Positions 9,853 to 16,749 of a stretch of 64,000 bases of DNA are shown one piece after another. Within the stretch, counting starts at the first letter, position 1, and each line of letters begins with the position of its first letter. The notes under the pieces are model-generated. The model made no database searches, was not told where the DNA came from, and was given only the letters and a program-made list of their open reading frames with translations. Both the position numbers and the translations under genes were made by a program. Source of the DNA: Planctomycetota bacterium (GTDB lineage: Bacteria > Planctomycetota > MHYJ01 > WSZJ01); NCBI GenBank assembly GCA_038060895.1, contig JBBTCT010000031.1, forward strand, positions 32,001 to 96,000, in the 5' to 3' direction.

Positions 9853-10823
9853 GCGAGGCGGCTGACGAGGCGGAAGCGCGATTTGTCGCTGGGGCGCGGT
9901 TTGCGGAGGCCGACGCTGAGGGGAACCAGGCGCAGGCGGCCGGCGTGGAGCGACACCATGACGCCGGCCTTGCCGGCGAGGAGCGCGTCGGAGGCCGCGG
10001 CGCCGTACGTCGAAGCGAGGATGCGGTCGTTGGCGGTCGGGGCGCCGCCTCGCTGGATGTGGCCGAGCACGCAGGTGCGGACGTCGATTCCACGGATTGC
10101 CTTCAGGTGCTTCGCGATCTCGAACACGCCGCCGACTTCCTCGCCCTCGGCGACGACGACGATGAGCGAACTCTTTCCTGCGGCCCACCACGCCTGCACC
10201 TTCTTCAGAAGCGCCTTCAGCTCGAATTTCGCCTCCGGAATGAACACCGCTTCCGCCCCGCAGGCCAGCGCGGCATCGACGGCGATGTGGCCGTTTTCAC
10301 GGCCCATGACCTCGACCAGGAAGATGCGGCCGTGGGACGCCGCGGTGTCGCGGAGCTTGTCGATCGCGCCGATGGCCGTGTTGACGGCGGAGTCGAAGCC
10401 GATCGTGACGTCGGTCCCCGGGAGGTCGTTGTCGACCGTCGACGGGACGTGGACGACGCGGACCTTCTCCTCTTTCCAGAGCGCGAGCGCGCCGCGGACG
10501 CTTCCGTTGCCCCCGATCGTCACCAGCCCGCCGATGCCCGCCGCCTTGAGATTGGCCGCCGCCCTGGCCCTCCCCGACCGCTCGTACATTTCGGGACAGC
10601 GGCTGGACATGAGAATGGTCCCGCCCCTCTGGAGCGAATTCGAGACGAACCGCGAGTTCATGTCGACGAACTCCGCGGAGATCAGCCCGGCGTACCCGCG
10701 CCGCACGCCCGTCACCGCCACGCCGCGCGCCAGCGCCGACCGCGTCACAGCGCGGATCGCGGCATTCATTCCGGGAGCATCCCCGCCGCTCGTCAGGACC
10801 GCGATGCGCTTGAGGGGTGCGAT
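9849..10823 (-). CDS. pfkA: ATP-dependent 6-phosphofructokinase; probable ATC start
   Basis: KRIAVLTSGGDAPGMNAAIR, GGNGS, STVDND, EVMGR, LGHIQRGG; GGAGG lies 7 nt upstream of an in-frame ATC. Confidence 0.93.
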   Translation of the reverse strand: MAPLKRIAVLTSGGDAPGMNAAIRAVTRSALARGVAVTGVRRGYAGLISAEFVDMNSRFVSNSLQRGGTILMSSRCPEMYERSGRARAAANLKAAGIGGLVTIGGNGSVRGALALWKEEKVRVVHVPSTVDNDLPGTDVTIGFDSAVNTAIGAIDKLRDTAASHGRIFLVEVMGRENGHIAVDAALACGAEAVFIPEAKFELKALLKKVQAWWAAGKSSLIVVVAEGEEVGGVFEIAKHLKAIRGIDVRTCVLGHIQRGGAPTANDRILASTYGAAASDALLAGKAGVMVSLHAGRLRLVPLSVGLRKPRPSDKSRFRLVSRLA

Positions 10824-10836
10824 GAAGATTCCTCCG

Positions 10837-12678
10837 CTACCGGTTCCGCTCGAGGAACGCCTTGATCTCGTCGTCGAACGAGCGGGGATCCTTGACCGGC
10901 GGCCCGCACGCTTCCGCGGCGCACGCGTACGCCGCCAGTTCCGGCGGATACTCGAGGTCCGCATGCTTCACATCCGCACCGTTCGACTCGAGCACTGTCA
11001 CCGTCTTCCACGGGTGCCAGAACCGGTCCGCGACCGCCACCAGCTTTGGCAATTCCGCCTTCGGCCCGACGAGGACCAGGTGAAGCGGGTACTTGCGCAG
11101 CTTCAGCACCGCGAGCGCGTACTCCGCGCTGTACGCCGGGTACAGCTTCGCTTCGCCGCCCGTCGCCTTCAGCGCGCCCTCGGCGAGCGTCTTCCACTTT
11201 GCATGTCCGGTCACATGGTGCAGTCGCACGAGAAACCCCGCCGCCCGGCCGTTGTCCGCGGACTTCTTGATGGTGAAGCGCAGGTGCCCGGGCGCGTTCG
11301 GATCCGGCGGACGGTCGAAGAAAGCGCCGTCACCGTCTGCGAGCTTCTCGACGCGCGCGGCGACGTCGTCCGCGCGCTTGACCCAGCTCCACTCCCCCGT
11401 CGCCTGGTGCGCGTCAAGGCAGGCCTCGCCGGCGAGCGCGAGGTCCCGAAGCATGTCGCGCCCCGCCCCCGCTCCATGGGCAAGCCCTTCGGCAGTCCAG
11501 CACTCCCGGAACACGCGGTCGAGCGCGGCAATCGCTTTCGTCCGCGATTCCCCATCGCCTGAAGCCGCCGCCCAGGCGAGCAGCGCGGACGCGGCCTGCG
11601 CGTTTGTGCCGGAGTAGAAGAACGTATCGACGTGCGGCCTGGCGCGCTTCCCGCGCCCCACCGCGTCGAGCACGAAGTAGTCGGGATCGGCATCCTGGCT
11701 CGCGCTCCATCCGCCCTCCTTCTGCGCCAGCGTCGTCCCGAGGTAGTCCGCGGTCCGGCTCGCCGCTTCGCCGAACTTCTCCTCCCCCGTGGCGCGCCAG
11801 ACCTGCGTCAGCGCCGACAGCATCGCCGCGTTCGTCTCGAGCAGTTTCTCGAAGTGAGGGTCGCTCCAGTCCGGCTTCATCGCGACGCGGTAGAACCCGT
11901 GATCCACCGGATCCTCGAGCTTCAGCGTCGCCTCCGCCCCCGCCTCCGCGCGCTCCAGCCACTTCTCTTCCCGAGAATCCCATCCTTTGCGGACGTACAG
12001 CTCGATGATCTGCGGGCTGGGAAAGCGCGTGTCGCCGGGCGACGCCCAGGCGCTGCCGTCCTGGGCCCAGGTCTTCTCGATCGCGGCCAGGATCGTTTCG
12101 ACCTCGCTGGCTTCCGCTGCCACGGCCGGCCCCGGAGTCGGCGGCCTGTAGGCGGCGCCCTTTCCGTTTTTCGCGAACGCCTCCGCCGCCTTCGTCGCGA
12201 TCTGGAGGAATTCCTCCGCGGGAACGATCCACGTCTTCGAAATGACCTCGCCTTCGGGCGAGCAGAACGCGGTCGTAGGCCACCCCTTCGACGACAGGTA
12301 CCGGTCCTTCACGTCCGGCATCCGGTCCGTGTCCACGCGGATGCACACGAATTTCTCATTGAGAAGTGAAATCACCTTCTCGTCGCTGAACGCGCCCTCG
12401 TCCATCTCGTGGCACTTCTGGCACCACGTCGCCGTCAGGCTGATCGCGACCGGCTTGCCGGCCTTCTTCGCTTCCGCGAACACCTCGGAAGACCACTTCT
12501 GCCACCGGATTTCCCGCGCGCGATTCGGCCGCGGCGAAAACGGGAACTCGTCCTTCGGCGGCTCCTTGGGTTCTTCGGCCGCCGATTCGATGACGAGCGT
12601 CCGAGGGTGAAGAAATTGCATCGCCGATACGAGAGCGGCGGCAACGATGGAGAGGGCGGCGGCGCGACGGAGAGTCAT
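10837..12678 (-). CDS. Thioredoxin-like DUF255 + six-hairpin glycosidase-like protein (YyaL family)
   Basis: ATWCQKCHEMD, RVDTDRMPDV, GWPTT, PHFEKLLETNA, ACAAEACGPP. Confidence 0.88.
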   Translation of the reverse strand: MTLRRAAALSIVAAALVSAMQFLHPRTLVIESAAEEPKEPPKDEFPFSPRPNRAREIRWQKWSSEVFAEAKKAGKPVAISLTATWCQKCHEMDEGAFSDEKVISLLNEKFVCIRVDTDRMPDVKDRYLSSKGWPTTAFCSPEGEVISKTWIVPAEEFLQIATKAAEAFAKNGKGAAYRPPTPGPAVAAEASEVETILAAIEKTWAQDGSAWASPGDTRFPSPQIIELYVRKGWDSREEKWLERAEAGAEATLKLEDPVDHGFYRVAMKPDWSDPHFEKLLETNAAMLSALTQVWRATGEEKFGEAASRTADYLGTTLAQKEGGWSASQDADPDYFVLDAVGRGKRARPHVDTFFYSGTNAQAASALLAWAAASGDGESRTKAIAALDRVFRECWTAEGLAHGAGAGRDMLRDLALAGEACLDAHQATGEWSWVKRADDVAARVEKLADGDGAFFDRPPDPNAPGHLRFTIKKSADNGRAAGFLVRLHHVTGHAKWKTLAEGALKATGGEAKLYPAYSAEYALAVLKLRKYPLHLVLVGPKAELPKLVAVADRFWHPWKTVTVLESNGADVKHADLEYPPELAAYACAAEACGPPVKDPRSFDDEIKAFLERNR

Positions 12679-12712
12679 GGGGGTGAGAATGGTCTAACAA
12701 AGGAAAGGGCCC

Positions 12713-12810
12713 GACAAATCCCAAATCCCAACTCCAACCCCAAATCCCAAACAGCCGCCCGATTGAGCGGAGTTGGGATTTGGAGTTGGGGTTGGGATTT
12801 GGAGTTCGTC
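12713..12810. repeat. Long imperfect inverted repeat built of 6-7-bp tandem units
   Basis: CAAATCCCAAATCCCAACTCCAACCCCAAATCCCAA ... TTGGGATTTGGAGTTGGGGTTGGGATTTGG. Confidence 0.85.
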
Positions 12811-12828
12811 GTGGCCGTTTTCACCCGA

Positions 12829-14766
12829 CTAGACCTCAATCCCGTAATCCTTCAGCTTCTTGTCCAGCGTCGGCCGCGAAATCTGCAGAATCCTCGCCGC
12901 CTCGATCTTCTTTCCCTTCGCCTTCACGATCGCCCGCTGGATGCACGTCCTCTCGACCTCGCTCACGATCTCGCTCAGCGGCAGATCCTTGTCGATGAAG
13001 TTCGTCACCTCCGCCGCCATCCCCGTCCCCACGATCTTCGGCGGCAGGTCCTCCACGTCGATCACCGGCTTCTCGCACAGCACCGTCGCACGCTCGATCA
13101 CGTTGCGGATCTCGCGCACGTTTCCCGGCCACGCGTAGTTCAAGAGCACCTTCATCGCCTCTTCCGCCACCTTCATCGGCTGCGTGTTGCGCTGGAACCT
13201 CTTCAGGAAGTGCTGCACGAGCACCGCGATGTCCATACGGCGGTCGCGAAGCGGCGGCAGGTGGATCGGGACCACGGCGAGCCGGTAGTAGAGATCCTCG
13301 CGGAACTTCCCCTGGCTCACCATCTCCTCGAGGTTCCGGTTCGTCGCCGCGATGATCCGCACGTCCACCTTGATCAGCTTGACGCCGCCGACCCGCGTGA
13401 ACGTCCGCTCTTCCAGCACCCGCAGGAGCTTCTGCTGCGTCCCCGGGTCCATGTCGCCGATTTCGTCGAGGAAGAGCGTGCCGTGGTCGGCGAGTTCGAA
13501 CTTGCCGGGCTTCAGGCGGTCGGCGCCGGTGAACGCGCCCTTTTCGTGGCCGAAAAGCTCGCTCTCGAGCAGGTGTTCCGAGATCGCCGTGCAGTCCACC
13601 GGGATGAACGGCCGCGCGCGGCGGCGGGAAGCGAGGTGAATCGCGTGGGCGACCATCTCCTTGCCGGTCCCTGTCTCACCCGTTACCAGCGCCGTCGCGT
13701 CCGAGTCCGCCACCTTCTCCACGCGCCGCAGCACGTCGCGAATCGCCGGCGAATCGCCGATGATCGCCATCTCTTCCTGCACGCGCTTGCGAAGCACGTT
13801 CGCTTCGTCGCGCGCCGCGCCGTACTGCCGCGCGTTTTCGAGCGCGACAGCGGCCTGCCCGCTGACGTTGACGAGAAGCGCCAGGTCCTCTTCCGTGAAA
13901 CAGTTCATCTGGTTCTGGGTGTCGACGTACAAGACGCCCAGCAACCGCTCGCGCGAAATCAGCGGAGAACACAGGATCGACTTCACCCGGTCGAGCCGGA
14001 TCGAACGGCTGCTCATGAAGCGCGTGTCGGTGGACGCGTCCCCGGTCAGTACGGCGCGCCGGTCCTTGACGACCTGTTCCAGCACGCTCTTCGAGACGGT
14101 GATATCGCTTCCGCGGCGGTCGCGATACCTCACAGGGCCCGGGTGAAGGCCGCTGCCGTCCTCCGAGCAGAGGAAGATGGCGCCGCGTTCGGCTTTCAGC
14201 AGTTCCATGACGACTTCGATGATGCGGCCCAGCAGGACAGGCTCGTCGAGGACGGTCGTCGTGGCCCGCGTGATTTCATAAATCGCGCGCAGCCGCCGCG
14301 ACGCTTCGGCAGACTCGGAAGTCGTTTCCTTGCGGACGCGCGCGGTCTCCGCGGCTTTTTCGGTCTCGCGGATGATCGCCTCGACGTCGAGCATGGCCGT
14401 GACTTCACCGGAAGTGCGGCCTTCTTCCGATTCGCCCGCGACAAGGATGACGCCGCCGGAGTCCTCGCCGGGAAAGATTTCGAAGTCCGGCTCATAGACG
14501 AACACGGTCGAACCGAGCTGCAGCCGGTCGCCCGACTCGAGCTTCTTTTCAGTGCATGTCTGCCCGTTCACAAGCAGCCCGTTGCGGCTCCCGGCATCGC
14601 GCATGTACATCACGCCGTCGCGGTTCTCGAACTTCGCGTGCGTGCGCGAGACGTTCTTGTCGTCAACCTGGATGGTGCAGGACCGGGATCGCCCGATGGT
14701 GGCTTCATGCTCGATTTCGAAGTACGACCCTTTGCCGGGTCCCTGGACGATGGCGAGTCGGGCCAA
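12829..14766 (-). CDS. Sigma54-dependent activator, FHA-GAF-AAA+-Fis HTH
   Basis: FHA (IGRS..VSRTHA..GSRNG); GAF; GETGTGKE, ESELFGHEKGAFTGA, WPGNVRE, C-terminal HTH; TTG start after GGAGG. Confidence 0.95.
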   Translation of the reverse strand: MARLAIVQGPGKGSYFEIEHEATIGRSRSCTIQVDDKNVSRTHAKFENRDGVMYMRDAGSRNGLLVNGQTCTEKKLESGDRLQLGSTVFVYEPDFEIFPGEDSGGVILVAGESEEGRTSGEVTAMLDVEAIIRETEKAAETARVRKETTSESAEASRRLRAIYEITRATTTVLDEPVLLGRIIEVVMELLKAERGAIFLCSEDGSGLHPGPVRYRDRRGSDITVSKSVLEQVVKDRRAVLTGDASTDTRFMSSRSIRLDRVKSILCSPLISRERLLGVLYVDTQNQMNCFTEEDLALLVNVSGQAAVALENARQYGAARDEANVLRKRVQEEMAIIGDSPAIRDVLRRVEKVADSDATALVTGETGTGKEMVAHAIHLASRRRARPFIPVDCTAISEHLLESELFGHEKGAFTGADRLKPGKFELADHGTLFLDEIGDMDPGTQQKLLRVLEERTFTRVGGVKLIKVDVRIIAATNRNLEEMVSQGKFREDLYYRLAVVPIHLPPLRDRRMDIAVLVQHFLKRFQRNTQPMKVAEEAMKVLLNYAWPGNVREIRNVIERATVLCEKPVIDVEDLPPKIVGTGMAAEVTNFIDKDLPLSEIVSEVERTCIQRAIVKAKGKKIEAARILQISRPTLDKKLKDYGIEV

Positions 14767-14840
14767 GTGCTGCCTCCGTTGAGCGGATTGGGAGTGTCAA
14801 TAGTATTTACATGCCTGAAAGGCGCAACTGTTATTGGTAC

Positions 14841-15036
14841 AGGCTGGCGGAGGCGGATAGAGGCCCTTCGACTCGCTTCGCCCGCTCAGGTCAGGCTGGC
14901 GAAGGCTGAGTGAGTACAGCGCGTTGTGTTGAGCTGAGATGTCGCGAACCGTGTGCGCCGGCCCGCGATGTTCCCGTGCGCACGCATCATCCACCGCCCT
15001 TAGCCTCCGCCAGCCTCCGCCAGCCTCCGCCAGCCC
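14841..15036. repeat. Intergenic 10-bp tandem repeat with inverted partners and a REP-like stretch
   Basis: (C/T)AGCCTCCGC x3 at 15001-15030; reverse-complement copies AGGCTGGCGGAGGC (14841) and AGGCTGGCGAAGGCT (~14893); CCCTTCGACTCGCTTCGCCCGCTCAGG at 14864-14890. Confidence 0.7.
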
Positions 15037-15039
15037 GCG

Positions 15040-16164
15040 CTACTTCGGCACGATCAGTTCCTCGGCCGCCTCCGGCTTGCGGATCCTCGGCCGGATGATG
15101 AACAAAACTTCGGTCTTCTTCGTCTCGAGGTTCTCGCTTCCGAACAGGTAGCCGATGATCGGGATTTCCGAGAGGATCGGGACGCCGCGCCGCGTCTCGA
15201 CTTCTTCGGTGCGCACGAGGCCTCCGATCACGATCTGCTGTCCGTCCCTGACCGTCAGGTGCGTGTCGGCCGTGCGCGTCGAAAAAATAGGCGTCTGCTG
15301 GCCCTGGATGCTCGCCGTCCCGGCGACGGTCGTGACCTCCGGCTTCGCGTCGATGTCGATGAAATTCTGGCTGATCACGTTGGGCGTCACGGTCAGCTTC
15401 ACGGCGGCCTGCTTGAAGCGCACGGTCGAAATCGGCGCTGCGCCGGGGTTGAAGACCAGCGATTCGAGGTACGGCACTTCGTCGCCCGCGATAATGGTCG
15501 CCGATTCGCCGTTGTTCACGGTGACGTACGGGCTCGACAGGATCGTCGCCTTCCCCCTTCGCACCAGCATCCGCAACTTGAAGTCGATCAGGCCCCACTG
15601 GAGGTTGTGGTTGAAGAAGTTCGCCGTGATGCCCTGGAACGCATCGGCTCCCGGTTTCAGCGACGCGAGATACGAGTCCGGGTTGAACACGGCGGTCCCG
15701 CTCTTGAAAAGTTCGTCGGCGGCGTGTTTCCCCGACTGGGTCACGCCGAACTCCGCGCCGATCTCCAGGTCACTTTCGATCGACTTTTCAATGATCTGCG
15801 CCTCGATCTGCACCTGGTCCGCCGGCCGGTCGAGGACGTTGAGGACCTTCTCGATGAGCTCGATGTTCTCCTTCACATCGGAGATCATCAGGAGATTCAG
15901 TTCGGGCGTATTGGGAGGCTGCGGCGGCGAGACCTGGATGGTGCCCTTCGGCGTGAGAAATTTCTGGAGATAGGGCTGCATCAGCTGACCCTTGCCGCGC
16001 GCCACCTGATAAAAGATATAGACCATGCCCTCTTTTTCGATCCGGCCCTTCTCGTACCGCCAGGTGGGAGCGGCCGGAACCGGCGGAAGCGGCGTGGGCG
16101 GGGGTTCCTCTGCGAACGCGGCCGAAGCGGCCAACAGCACGGCTGCGAAGAGGAAGCCCCTCAC
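15040..16164 (-). CDS. Short secretin (type II/III secretion system outer-membrane pore family)
   Basis: GTG start, signal peptide; LDRPADQVQIEAQIIE, ILSSPYVTVNNGESA, LTVTP, IVIGGL, GVPILSEIPIIGYLF, EVLFIIRPRI. Confidence 0.9.
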   Translation of the reverse strand: MRGFLFAAVLLAASAAFAEEPPPTPLPPVPAAPTWRYEKGRIEKEGMVYIFYQVARGKGQLMQPYLQKFLTPKGTIQVSPPQPPNTPELNLLMISDVKENIELIEKVLNVLDRPADQVQIEAQIIEKSIESDLEIGAEFGVTQSGKHAADELFKSGTAVFNPDSYLASLKPGADAFQGITANFFNHNLQWGLIDFKLRMLVRRGKATILSSPYVTVNNGESATIIAGDEVPYLESLVFNPGAAPISTVRFKQAAVKLTVTPNVISQNFIDIDAKPEVTTVAGTASIQGQQTPIFSTRTADTHLTVRDGQQIVIGGLVRTEEVETRRGVPILSEIPIIGYLFGSENLETKKTEVLFIIRPRIRKPEAAEELIVPK

Positions 16165-16568
16165 TATTTCGAATCCCCCGCCGATGCCTTGATCTTCTCG
16201 ACGACTGCCTTGGTGAGATCGGCCGGCGGCGCCTGTCCCTCCGGCATCCGGATCGAGCCCTGCTCGGCGACGACGCCGTTGCCACCTGCCTTCGCGGCGG
16301 CTTCGACGGCCTTGCGGAAGCGGGCGTTGGCGGCGGAGACGAGGATCCAGTAGTCGGCGTCGTCGGTCGTGAGCTTGCGGCGCTGGATTTCGAGCCATTC
16401 CGGGATGGCCGCGAAGCACTCGGCGGCCCGGACGGTCGCGGGGTTCGCGCCTTCGGCGTCGCCGTAATAGATCTTCGTGGCGTCGACGCAGATGTTTTCG
16501 GCGCGTGCAGGACCGCAGGCGGCCGAAAGAAGCGCCGCAACAGCGAAGTTCATGAGTGTGGTCTTCAT
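16164..16568 (-). CDS. Small exported protein, possibly minimal Skp/OmpH-like
   Basis: Signal peptide; C-terminal AVEAAAKAGGNGVV...DLTKAVVEKI resembles OmpH end; stop overlaps secretin start. Confidence 0.55.
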   Translation of the reverse strand: MKTTLMNFAVAALLSAACGPARAENICVDATKIYYGDAEGANPATVRAAECFAAIPEWLEIQRRKLTTDDADYWILVSAANARFRKAVEAAAKAGGNGVVAEQGSIRMPEGQAPPADLTKAVVEKIKASAGDSK

Positions 16569-16664
16569 CGCGGTCCTCCCAAGGTGCCCCAGTCACCCGC
16601 GCGGCCCCTCGATCGGCCCGAATAATACCCCGCGAAACGGGAGAGCGTTGGCATTGTTTTAAGA

Positions 16665-16702
16665 AAGGCCGGTGAAACGCTGTTTCGCGCCTCACCGGCC
16701 TT
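16665..16702 (-). terminator. Putative terminator downstream of pnp
   Basis: AAGGCCGGTGA / TCACCGGCCTT 11-bp stem; U-rich tail on minus strand. Confidence 0.65.
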
Positions 16703-16749
16703 GTGATGTCAACGATCGGCCCGGCTCACGGTCTGACTGAAATTAATCG

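Noticed and set aside
15001-15036. Tandem repeats here and at 12713 and 55940 as possible CRISPR arrays
   Set aside because: Units are 6-10 bp with no unique spacers; no cas genes in the window
16640-16665. TTGGCA as a sigma54 promoter for the nearby activator (also at ~43817 and ~46799)
   Set aside because: No TTGC at the -12 position with correct spacing
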